Of a DNA stretch of 64,000 bases, positions 1-11,320 are shown in pieces. The number at the start of each line of letters is the position of its first letter. Positions within the stretch are counted from its first letter, which is position 1. This DNA comes from Scenedesmus sp. PABB004 (lineage: Eukaryota), in the NCBI GenBank assembly GCA_014905635.1, contig JABVCE010000005.1, positions 124,001 to 188,000 of the forward strand. The letters run 5' to 3'. Both the position numbers and the translations under genes were made by a program. The notes below the pieces were generated by a model that saw only the letters and a list, made by a program, of their open reading frames with translations, did not search any database and had not been told where the DNA came from.

Positions 1-684
1 GCGGGGCGGCCGCCTCGGGCGACGCCGCGCCGCCGCGCCGCAGGCGGCCGCCCGCCCTCCTCGCGCCGCGCCTGGTCGCGAGCGCGTCGGGGTCGGCCGC
101 CGTGTCGGCGCAGCGCCGCTTCTCGAGGCTGGACCGGCAGCTCCTGCGGGCGGGCGGGGGCGACGGCTCGGTCGGTCGGCGCGCGGCGCCGCGGCCGCCC
201 TGCCCGTAGGCGCGGCCGCCGCCCGCGACGCCCCGCGCGGCTGCCGCCGCCGGCGCCGCCGCCGCGCACCGCTTGGTGCCCTGGAAGCTCTGCAGCGTCT
301 CCAGCTTGCCGCACTGCTGGCAGAAGCGGTACAGCTGCGCGCCGCGCCCCTCGCACATCACCGCGTCGGCCTGCGCAGCGAGGCGGGGCGGGGCGCGGGG
401 CGCGGGGCGTGAGCGGGCGGCGATGGCGGCCAGGCGCCCCTGGCCGGCGCCGGCGCGCGGCGCGCGGTCGCCGCGCGCGCCTTGAGGTGCGCCGGGCAGA
501 CGCGCTTCTTGAGGCAGTACGCTCGTCCCACGGCCGTCAGGTCGACGGAGCAGCCCACGATCTTGCAGCGCTTGCTCGCGCACGGCGCTGGCGGCGCGGC
601 CCGGAGCGCCGCCGCCGCCGGCGAGGACGGCGGCGCCGCCGACCGCGCCCCCGCGCCGCTGCCGCTGGGCTCCGGGCTCGACAT
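1..684 (-). CDS. SBP-box (SQUAMOSA promoter-binding) transcription factor; 5' part only, runs off the window start
   Basis: Exons 684-481, 370-270 and 143-<1 splice to CKIVGCSVDL...YCLKKRVCPAHLKADAVMCEG...RFCQQCGKLETLQSFQGTKRSCRSSLEKRR, the SBP zinc-binding signature. Intron 1 has a GC donor. Confidence 0.9.
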
Positions 685-1632
685 CTTCAGCGTGGCGCCT
701 GGGCGCGCGGCGGAGAGGGCGGCGTGGGCGCCAGGGGCGGGCCAGCTGTCGCATGCAGGGGCCAGCGTTGTGCGCCGCCGTGGCGAGCCGCCACCCCCAG
801 CTGCGAGGCCAGCGATGGCGCGTGCGTGCCAACTGGCGGCGGCGCACCTGGGTCAGTGCGCGCCGCTCGCGAAACTGGTTCTGGCTAGCCCCCCCGCCGT
901 GCGCCGCGCCGCAGGCCGCCGCCGCTGGCAGGGCTGCGTCAAGCCCGTGCGCTGCTGGGGCGAGCGCCTGGCCAGCCCGGCGCCGCGCGGCCCGCTCGAG
1001 CTGTGCAGCCTCGGCCGCGACCGCGTGCGCGGGGCTGCGCAATCCGCGACCGCCAGGCGGCGCCTCGCAGGGGGGGACACTGGGAGCGGCGCCGGGGGGC
1101 GGGCTCGCTTGAGGAGGCCGCGCGGCGGGTCGAGCGCGAACTTGGGGGCGAACGAAAACTTCTGCCCAGCGCCAGCGCTCGAAAAGCCGCTCGCCCTGCA
1201 CAAAAGATTGGAAAGGTTCAAGTAGAGCTCAGTGCGACCGCACGATTGCGCTTCGGGGCTTTCTCAGCGCCATTCCCACTCTAGCCGCTCAACGCGCGCC
1301 ACGGCCCGCCAGAGCGGCTGTTTCAATGTGCCCAGCCTTTTGTGCGCTGTTGCGCGCCCGCGCAGGCCGCGCGCGCGCGCCCGCAGCTGACGCACAACCC
1401 CAAGGCGCTGCTCTGTACCCGGTTCCCTCATTTTTTGGGGTCGCCCTGGTCCGCACGCGCCAGGGAGACGTCAGGTCCCGCAGGCTACGCCCGGCGAACG
1501 TTTCAGCCGGCGAGGGGCCGTGCCCGGCGCACGGCGGCGTCGCTGCTGCACGCACCTTGCCGCCGCAAGCCCTGCGCGCCGCGCGCGGGGCGTACCGCGG
1601 CGCTGTGGCACGTACTGATCGCGCCACGCACG

Positions 1633-4600
1633 ATGGGCGCCGGCGCGCACCCGCCCGACGGCCGCATGGGCCGGGGGAGCGGCGCCGCGGCGCTCCTGCT
1701 GCTGCCCCTGCTGCTCGGGCTGGCCTCCGGCGCCACCACCGAGGCCTGGCGCTCGCGCACGGTGTACCAGGTCCTCACGGGTGCGCGCGGCGCCCGCGCC
1801 GACCGGCGCGGCCCGCCCCTGGGCAGCGGGCCCTGGCGCGGCGCGCGCGCGCGCGTGCGGCGCGTTCCGCGCGGGCCCGCCGCCGCCTGCGCGCGCCGCC
1901 GACGCCGCCGGGGCCGCCCGGGGCCCGCGCGCCCGCGCAGACCGCTTTGCCACCGACGTGTGCTGGGGCGCGAGCGGCGGCAACCCCAACCGCTACATGG
2001 GCGGCACGTTTGCGGGGCTGCGCAAGCGCATGGACTACATCAAGCACATGGTACGTGCCGGGAGGGAGGGAGAGGGGGATGCCTCGCCGAAACGGCCCGC
2101 CCCGCCCCGCGCCGCGTGTGGGCGGGCCGGGGCGCGGGGGCGGGCGCGGCGCACGGCGCTGCCCGCGCGCCGCGCCGGCCCCAACGCGCGCCGCGCCGCC
2201 CGCCGCAGGGCTTTGACGCGGTCTGGTGGTCGCCGGTCATGGCGCAAGGCACCGACGCCTTTGACATGAGTGAGCGCGCCGCGCCGCGCCGCGCGGCCGC
2301 CTGCTCCGGCGCGGCCGCCGCCAGCCCTGGGCCCCCGCGGCCCCGGCGGCCCCGGCCGTCGCCCCCGGCACTCACCTCTGCGCCCCCCCCCCTCCCGCAC
2401 CCGCTCACGCAGCCGGCTACGCGGGCTACTGGCCGGGCGACTTTTACGACATCAACCCCGCGTTTGGCACCAAGAGGGAGCTGGTGGAGCTCGTGGACGC
2501 GTACCACGCGGCCGGCATGTTTGTGCTGTTCGACCTGGTCATAAACCACGTCGGCTACGGCGTGTGGGAGTCCTACAGCCCCTTCAACAAAACAACAGAC
2601 TTCCACGACTGCAACGGCGCGTGCCGCGGACGCGGCCGGCAGCGCCGCCGGGCGCGCGCGGCGCGGCGCGCGGCGTGGCGTGGCGTGGCGTGGCGGGCGC
2701 CAGCCCACGCCCGCGTCGGCGCGTCCCGTGCACGCGCGCGCGCAGGCTGCTTCACGCTCAACTGCGAGCCCGACCCCGCGGGCGCGTTCTCAGCCGGCAA
2801 CGTGAGCATGCACTCGTTCGAGCACTGCAAGCTCTCGGGCCTGCCAGACCTCAACCACAGCGGTGCGCCCGCGCGCCGCCGCTGGGCGCCCTGCGCGCGC
2901 GCGACACGCCGCGGCCGGGCCGCCCCGCGGCCGGGCCGCCCCGCGCGCGCGCGCCGCCACGCGCGGCTGACGCCGCATCGCGCGCGCGCTGCGCGTGTGC
3001 TGTGTGTGCTGCGCACGCAGACGCGTCCATCCTGGAGCGCATGGTCGCATGGCAGACGTGGACGCAGAAGACCTTCAAGCCAGACGGCCTGCGCTACGAC
3101 GCGGCAACCAACTCCCTGCCCGTGCGCGCCCACGCTGCGCGCGCGCGGCGCAGCCGCGGCCGGGCCCCGCCCAGGCCGCGCAGCGCGCGGGGTTGGGGTC
3201 GACGGGCCGGCCGCCGCCCACGCGCCGCCGCCGCCCGCCGCCCGCCCGCCCGCCGCGCCCGCCCGCCGCCCGCCCCGCGCGCGCGCGCGCGCGCGCAGTC
3301 GTTTGTCGCCGCGCTGACGGAGGCCGCCAACGGGACGTGGACCATCGGCGAGCTCTTCCTGGAGGACCCCCTGGCTGAGAGCGACGCGTACATCGCGGCC
3401 TGGATCAAGCGCAAGCGCGGCGCGCACAGCGCGTTCAGCTTCCCCATGCAGCACGCGCTGCGCCTCGCCATCGGGGTGCGCGCGCGGCGCGGGGCGCGCC
3501 GCGCCGCGTGCCGCGCGCCGTGCCGCGCTGCGTGCTGACGCGCCGCGTGCGTGGCTGCGCCGCGCGCCGCGCGCCGCGCCGCAGGCGGCCAACCACAGCA
3601 TGGTGTGGCTCGCGGAGCAGCGCGTGGCGCACCTGCAGCGCTACGGACCGACCGTGCACGACCTGGGCGTGTTCATCGAGAACCACGACATGGAGCGCTG
3701 GCTCCACGACTTCCCAGACGTCAGCAGATACATGTGCGGCTGCGGCCGCGCCGCCGCCGCCCTCTGCGCTCCCGTCGCCCACTCCCCTCCCTCTCGCCTA
3801 GCTCCCCTCCCTCCTCGCCTCCCTGCCGCGCCCCCGCGCCCCGCGCGCCCTCCCCCCTCCGCAGGAACGGGCTGGCCTACGTGCTCTTTGCCGAGGGCAT
3901 CCCCTTCATTTACTACGGCGCGGAGCACGGCTTCACCGAGGAGCGCGCGCCGCTGTGGCCCACGCGCTTCCAGCACAACACGGGGCTGTGGCTCTTCATC
4001 CGCATCAGCGTTCACTACCGCCGCGCCGCGGAGGTCTGGGACGCGGGCATCGCGGCGACGGTGCACGCCGACAACCACACGCTCGTGCTGCGCCGCGGGC
4101 CGTTTGTGCTCGCGCTGACGTCGGCCGGCGAGCGCGGCGGCGGCCTGCGCGGCGCGTCGATCTCGCTGCCCCGCCTCGGCGGCGGCCTCGGCGGCAAGAC
4201 GCTGCGCAACATCTACGACCCAGAGGCACGCGCGGCCTGCCTGCGCGCGGGGCTCAGGGTTCAGGGCGGCGGCGCGCGGCGGGGCTTGGCGGAGGCCGAG
4301 GCTCACCCCGGCACGCGCCGCGCCGCGCGCCGCGCGCAGGACGTGCTGCGCGTCAGCGCCGGCGGCGTGGGCGTGTTTGTGCCGTCGGGGGACGGCCGGC
4401 CGCAGGTCTTCTACGACGGCCCCGTGGTTGAGCCGATGAGCCTCTACATCCCAACAAAGGTGTGTGTGGCCTGTGTGGCGCTGGTGACCGCGCGGCGCGA
4501 CGCACACGCGGCGCGCGGCGCGCGGCGCGCGGCGCGCCGCGGCCCGGCGCTGAGTGGCGGCGGCGCGGCCCTGCCCCGCGGCCGCGCGCGCGCTTGCAGG

Positions 4601-7600
4601 ACCCGTCGCTGCGGCTCAACCTGCTGTTCATCACCTTCCTCGCGCTGCTGCCCGCCGTGGTGCTGCTCGCGCTCGTGCTCGCGCACTGCTGGGCCGCCAT
4701 GGCGCTGCGCCCGGGCGGCTGGCGCGGGCTGCCCTGTTGCGGCTGCGCCGCGGCTCCGCCGCTGCACGGCGCGCCGAGCAGCTTTACCGACGGCAAGGCG
4801 TTTGCGGCGGAGGAGCCCTCCCAGAACGGCACGCGGCGGGGCGTGTGGCTGCCCCGCCTGCTGCGCAGCTCGGGGCGCAGCCGCGGCGGCGCTGACGGCG
4901 CCGCCGACGCGAGCGACGGCAGCGACCAGGTGGACGTGCACCTGGAGCCGCCCGTGTCGCGCAGCGTACTGCACGGCCAGCTGCACGCGATGTCCATCCG
5001 CCAGGCGCTCGCGGCCGGCAGCGTCGCGCACTCTGACCGGCGCGCCCCGAGCGCCCAGTCCGGGGCGTCGCTGCCGAGCCGGCTCGAGGCCTTCTCCGGC
5101 GCCAGCAACGTCTTCCGCCACGCCGGCCAGGTCTCGGCGATTGACCTCGCGCAAGGCCTCGTGCTCGAGGACGGCGAGCGGCTCTCCGCGTTTGCCGCCG
5201 CCGCGGGCGTCGCCGACAGCGACAGCGTGTCGTCGCGGCCCCCCAGCAGCATCCAGGTGCGCCGCGCGCGCGCGCGCCCGCGCGCGCGCGCAACCCACGC
5301 CCGCGCCGCCGCACGCCCGCGCCCTCACCGCGCCGCCGCCGCGCTCTCACAGCGCCGCGGCGCATCTGCGCGCGTGCGCTCGCAGATCGGCAGCCCCCGC
5401 GGCGGCCTGCCCGGCGGCGTCGGCGGCGGGCGGCTGAGCAGCATGACCATCATTGCCGGCCTCGCCGCCCGCCCAGACCGCGGCGCCGGCGGCGCCGCGT
5501 CGCCGCCGGCGCCGCCGCGCCCGCCCCCGGCGGCGCCCCGCGCCGCGCCCGCGCCCGCCGGCGGCGGCTCGGTCGCGGCGTCCACGTGGGCCAAGCTCGC
5601 GGGGCGGCTCTCGCCCGTCGGCAGCTCGGGCAGCGGGTCGCGGCGCTCGGGCGCCGGCGTCGGCGCGGCGGTGCCGCCGTTCGATGCCTTCTCCACGCCC
5701 ATCCTGCACGTCGCGCTTGAGTACAGCCTGCCGCACCTGGGGCTGACCAACCAGCTCATGTTTGGGGGGCTCGGCATGGTCGTCGACACCTTCCTCCGCG
5801 AGTGGCCCGGCCCGCTGTCCCTCATCGCACCGCTCTATCGCCCCTGCTACGAGCCCCTCCCCGGCGCGCCGCCGCCCGACGGCGCCGCCGGCGGCGGCGC
5901 CGACGCCGGCGCCGGCGCCGCGCCCGGCGGCTGGCGCGGGCTCGTGCCGACGGTGCTGCCGCCGGGCGCGGCGCCGCTGCTGGAGATGACCGTGGACGTC
6001 GCGGGGTGGCAGCTGCCGGTGGAGGTGTTCAAGCTCGAGGCGCCCGTGGCGCCCGGCGGCCCGCCGCGCACATATTACCTCGTCCAGGCGGAGCTCTTTG
6101 CGCGGCGCCGCCGCGGCGACATCTACGCGTTCACAGACGAGGACGAGATGCTCACCTGGCTCGCGGTGAGGCACGCGCACGCGCGTGCGCGCGCGGCTCA
6201 GGCAGTTGCGGCGCCGGCGCCGGCGGCGGCGGCGGACCTGGGGGCTCCGCGCGGCGCGCAAGGCCGCCGCGCCGGGCCGCCGCGCCAGGCCGCCGCGCCA
6301 GGCCGCCGCGCCAGGCCGCGCGCCGCGCGCCGCCCACCGCGCGCCGCCCACCGCCCGCTGCCCGCCCGCCCGCCCCGCAGGTGTTCAACCAGGCCGTCGC
6401 GGCGACGATCGTGGCGGAGGGCGTGACGGCGGTGCAGCTGCACGACTACCACGGCGGCCTCTCCCTCTGCTACATCCCGCAGCGCCTGCAGCCCGCCGTG
6501 CTCTACGTCGCGCACAACGCGCACTACACCGCCGCGTTCGCCATCCCCACGCCCGCGCGCCGCAACAAGGTCCGCGCCGCCGCGCCACGCGGCGCCGCCG
6601 CGACCGCCACGGCCACCCCGCCCCGCGCCATGCGCTACGCCGCGCCGCGCCCGAGCCCGAGCCCCGCCGCCGCCCACCGCCGCACGCGCCGCGCAGGTGT
6701 ACCAGCACCTGGGGCTGAACGCCGAGGCGCTCGCGCGCTTCGTTGAGCACAACGGCTGCCTCGACATGCTCGCCTGCGTCATACGCTACCTCCGCACCCG
6801 CCAGGAGGGGCGCGGCGCCGTCGCCGTGTCGCCCAGGCGCGCGCCGCCGCGCCCGCGCCCGCGCCGCCGCCCCGCGCCGCCGCCGCCCCGCGCCGCCGGG
6901 CGCGGCGCCCACACGCGCCGCCGCACGTGTGGCGCCGCAGGTACGCGAGCCAGATCGCCAACAAGCTGAGCGTGTTCTGGCAGCTCGCGCCCGCGGGGCG
7001 GCCGCGCCACATCGGCGGCGTGCTCAACGCGCTGAGCATGGCCGACAGCTTTGCGGCGAGCGGGCTCTCCACGGACGCGGTGCTCGCGGCCAAGGCGGAG
7101 GCCAAGGCGTGCCTGCAGGCCGCGTACGGCCTCGCCGTGGGCGACAACTACACGCTGCTCACCTTTGTGGGCCGCGTGACGCACCAGAAGGGCTGCGACA
7201 TCATCGCCGAGGCACGCGCACCACAGCACAGCGCAGCGCGGCGCAGCGGCCCGCGGGGCGCGCGGCGCGGCGGCCGGCGGGGCGCGCGGCGCGGTGGCCG
7301 GCGACTCGCGACCCCCTGCGCGGCGCCCTGAACGCCAGCACCGCCGCGCCTCGCGCCGCCCCGGCGCTCCGCAGGCCGCGCCGTACATTATGTCCCGCCA
7401 CCCCACGCTGCAGCTCGTGTTTGCGGGTGCGCGCGCGCGGCCGGGGCGCCGCCGCGGCGCGCAGCGCGCCGCACGCCACGCGCCGCGCGCCACGCGCGGC
7501 GCGCCCCGCCCTCATGCCTCGTCTCGCACCCCTCACCCCCTCTTGCAGGCCCCACCGGCGACAGCGTCGGCGCCGCGGCCGCGTCCAAGCTGGCCGCGCT

Positions 7601-10600
7601 GGCGGAGCGCTACCCAGACCGCATGTACTGCCCCCAGGCACGCCCGGGACCGGGGGAGGGGGGCAGTCCGCTACTGCGGACGCACGCGCCGCCGCGCGCC
7701 GCCGCGCGCACACGCGATGCCACCAAACCGCACTTCACACCCCCAACTAAATGTCTCACCAATACTCAACCACCACCCGCCCGCCACTCCGACCAACCAC
7801 GCCAACCACGCTGCAACAACAATAACAGGACTACTACGTCGCGGGGGACGAGAAGCACATGATCCTCTCCGCCACCGACTTTGCGCTCGCGCCGTCGCGG
7901 TTCGAGCCGTGCGGGCTCGTGGACATTGAGTTTGGGTGGAATGCGGGGCTCATCATCGGCCACGACACCGGCGGCCTCGGCAAGATGCCTGGGTGCGGAC
8001 CGCGAGCCGCGGACCGCGACGCGGCGGACCGCGGCGCGGACTGCGGCGCGGACCGCGGCGCAGACTGCTGCGCGCGGCGCGCGGCGCGCGGCGCGCGGCG
8101 GACCGCGGCGGACCGCGGCGGCATGCGCGGCCGGGGGCGGCGCACGCGCCGGGCGCGCCCCGCCGGCCGGCCGACCCGCGCCGCCGCCGTGTCGCGCCGC
8201 CGCAGCGTGTACTTTGACGCGCAGGCGAGCCACCTGTCGCACCTCGCGCGCAAGCTGGAGGAGGCGGTGGACGGCGCGATGCGCCTCACGCGCGAGCAGC
8301 GCGCCGCCATGGCGGGCGAGGCGCTCGCGCGGCGCTTCCCGGCGGACGCGATGATGGAGGCGTACGCCGGGCACTGGGCCCAGGTGCGGCGCCTTACCGG
8401 GGGCCGCAGGCAGTGCTCGCCCGCGCACGCGCGCCCGTCCGCGCCCGCCCGCCCACGCGCGCCCGCCCGCGCACACCCGCGCCGCGCCGCGCCGCGCCGC
8501 CGCGCCGCCGCAGATCCACGCCGCGCACTGCAGGGCCGCGCGCGCGCGCGCGCGCGCGCGCGTCGAGGCGCTGCACGACCACGCCGCGTTCTTCGCCTCC
8601 AAGTGGGCCCAGGTCAACCTCAAGGCCGCGCGCCCGCCCGCGACGAGCGTCGGCGTCGGCGGCGGCTGCGGCGCGAGCGACGCGGCCGAGGCGGTCGCCA
8701 AGGCCGGCAGCGCCGCCGGCAGCGCGGGCCCGCTCGGGGGCACGATCCGGCTCCACCCCGCGCCCGGCAGCGCCGCCGGCGGCGCCGCCGGCAGCGAGTA
8801 CGCCGCGTCGCACCTGCTCACCGTGGGCGGCCCGCCGCCGCCGCCGCGCTGGCGCGGCTGCCGGCCGCCGCCGTGGCTGCGCAGCTGGCCGGGCGCGGTG
8901 CGCCTGTCCAACTACCTGCTGGTCGTGCAGCACCACGCGGGGCTGGGCCCGGGCGTGATGCTCTGCACCTTCTTCCTCCTCGAGGCACGGGGGAGGGGGG
9001 GGGGGGGGGGGGGGGGAGGGGAGGGGGGATGGGGGAAGGCAGGGGACCCGCGCGACCAGCGCCCGCAGCGCCCGTGGTGGCTGCCGGCTGCAGCAGCAGC
9101 CGCAGTGCGTGTGCGTGCCTCCAATCTTGACCGCGCCTGCCCGCCGCCCCTGTCCCTGTCCCTGCCCCTGCCCTCCCCCCCCCCCTCCTCTCAGGCGATC
9201 CGCATCGACGAGTACCACCTGGTGCGCCGCCTGCCTGCCCACGGGGGGCAGCACGGCGCCAGCAACGCGCCAGCGCTGCGGCCGCGGCGGCCGCCGCGCC
9301 GCGCCGCGCCGCGCCGCCGCCTCCAAACCCTCACCCGGCTGCCGCCGGCCGCCGCCGCCCGCGTGCCCCCCCCCCCCCCGCAGTGCGGGCTGTACGCGAC
9401 GGTGCCGCGGAGCCTGAACCTCGCGACCGACCTGTTCCGCGTCCCCGTCACGCAGGGCCTGCTCGCCAAGCTCATGCTCTACTTCCTCGTCGCCTCGGGT
9501 GAGCGCGCCGGGCACGCAGCACACGCAGCACACGCAGCACACAGTACAGCACACGCACGCCGGGGGGCCGCACGCAGCAGCGCGCGGGCAAGACCGCCGC
9601 GCCCGCGCCCGCGCCCGCGCGTCCGCAGTGTGCGCGCCGTTCTGGTTCTGGGTCGCCGCGGTGCTGCGCCCGCGCGCGTACATCCGGCTCTCCTCGCTCG
9701 CCATGCTCGCCAGCTGGCTGCTCGTCTTTCTGGGCATCCGCTTCAGCGACCTGCTCGGCATCGTCGTCGTCCCCGTCGCGGCGGCGAGCCTCGTCGGCAG
9801 CCCGCTGCTCTCGCTCGGCTTCCTGGGCGAGGACGACGTCGAGGTCTCAGAGGTGGGGCGGGCGAGCAGGGTTTAGCTAAAGCTAAAGCCGCGCGGGCCG
9901 CTCGTCAGCGCGGCAGCAGCGCCGCGCGCCCGCCCTCTAGCCGCCCTGCCTCCCCCCTCCCCGACCCCTCACCGCCGCGTCGTCCGCCGCGCCCGCGTCC
10001 GCGTCCGCCGCGCCGCGTCGCCGCGCCCGCCGCGTCGCAGGTGGGGCGCCAGATGCTGGCGCTGTCCGAGGTGACCAAGTACTCGCTGCTCGCCCTGGGC
10101 ATGCTCTTTGCCTCGGTCGCGACCAACGCGGACCTGCACCAGGCCGCCGTCGGCGTGGGCATGTGCTGGAGCGGCGCCGTCGCGGCGTGGTTCTGGTACC
10201 CCGCCTCCCTCTCCGAGGCGTACCGCCACCTCGCGCTCACGTACAAGGGCCAGAAGCGCCTGCTCAAGCACCTCGCCTGCTTCTGGCTCACCCTCGTCTC
10301 CGCGGCGTGCGACTCGCTGTCCTTCATGCTCGTCGGCTTCATGGTCCTCCTCGTCAGCAAGAGCCTCGACGCCTTTGCCTCGTTCCAGGCGGTCGTGTTT
10401 GGCGGCTGCGCCGCCGCGGTGCTCTGGAACTTCCTGCTGCTCCGCAGCCGCACCGCCGAGCTCCGCCTCACGCGCACGCTGCTCGCCCTCGCGGCCATGC
10501 CCGGCTACGAGCTCGCCAAGGCCGCCCTCGTGCTGGGCCTCGGCTACGAGGGCACGGCGCCGGTCAACGGCGCCATCTCACGTGCGCGGAGCACCGCGCG

Positions 10601-11320
10601 GCGCACACCGGCCTGTGGCGCGGCCCGCCGCGCCGCCGCGCCGCCGCCGCGCCGCCGCGCCGACGCCCGCCCTGCGCCGCCCCGCCCCGCGCCGCGTGTG
10701 CAGCCGTGCTGCTGGGCGTGGCCGCGGCGCTGGCCACGGTCATGGGCGGCCGCGACAGCGTGCAGGGCCTGGTGCGCCGCAGCCGCGCGCGCCGCGCGCC
10801 GCCGCTGCCCCGCGCCGGCGTGCGTGCTGCGCACGCTGCGGGCGCCGCGGGCGCCGCCGAGCGCGCGCTCTCTCTCCCTCTCTCTCTCCCTCTCTCTCGC
10901 GCGCGCAGGTTGGCTTCCTGACGCTGCCGTCGCGTGAGGTGGTGTCCATGTGGCAGATCATCGCGATCATGCTCGGCGTCAGTGAGTCGCCGCGCCGCCA
11001 GGAGGCGCCCGCCGCCGCCCGCTGCTGCGCAGCGTGCACCGGTGGCGCGCAGCGGCCGGGGCGCCGCGCCCGCGCGCCGGGACCCGCTGCGCGCGCGTGC
11101 GGCGCGCCCACCAGCCCACCCGCCAACCCGCCTGCGCGCGCGCGCGCGCGCAGCCACGGCGCTGCTGCTGATCGGCATCTCCTACGCGGCGTCCATCCTC
11201 GGCGGTGCCACGAGCGCGACTGTGCTCCTGGTCATCGTCGCGGGGCTGGAGGTGCTGCGCGCGGCGTGCATGTGGGGCATCGCCCGCCGCTTCCCGGGGG
11301 AGAATCTCAGCGCGCCCTGA
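1633..11320 (+). CDS. Alpha-glucan synthase-like multidomain protein (signal peptide, GH13, TM, GT5, multi-TM); Ags1/Mok1-like architecture, ~1913 aa
   Basis: 27 exons: 1633-1780, 1941-2050, 2209-2269, 2413-2616, 2746-2862, 3021-3121, 3299-3475, 3585-3733, 3865-4225, 4340-4459, 4600-5256, 5386-6165, 6381-6569, 6697-6836, 6941-7211, 7375-7426, 7549-7637, 7829-7992, 8206-8383, 8514-8984, 9195-9221, 9384-9498, 9629-9852, 10041-10569, 10704-10771, 10909-10981, 11154-11320. Total 5742 nt with all phases compatible. GH13 motifs: YQVLTDRFA, DLVINH, LPDLN, GLRYDA, IGEL, FIENHD, GIPFIYYG. GT5 motifs: FGGLG, HDYH, HNA, FVGRVTHQKG, PSRFEPCGL, TGGL. Alternative start at 1666. Confidence 0.88.

Noticed and set aside
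8009..8120. 12-bp GCGGACCGCGGC repeats, and similar arrays near 6260-6320 and 44010-44080
   Set aside because: Degenerate intronic minisatellites typical of this genome's slippage-prone introns, with no further structure.
1633..11320. Reading this locus as three genes (alpha-amylase, starch synthase, MFS transporter)
   Set aside because: No stop codon or new start region lies between the modules, all splice phases join in one frame, and the N-terminus is a signal peptide rather than a plastid transit peptide.
1633..11320. Fungal contamination as the source of the Ags-like gene
   Set aside because: GC content, intron style and GC donors match the flanking algal genes, and it is contiguous with a plant-lineage SBP gene.
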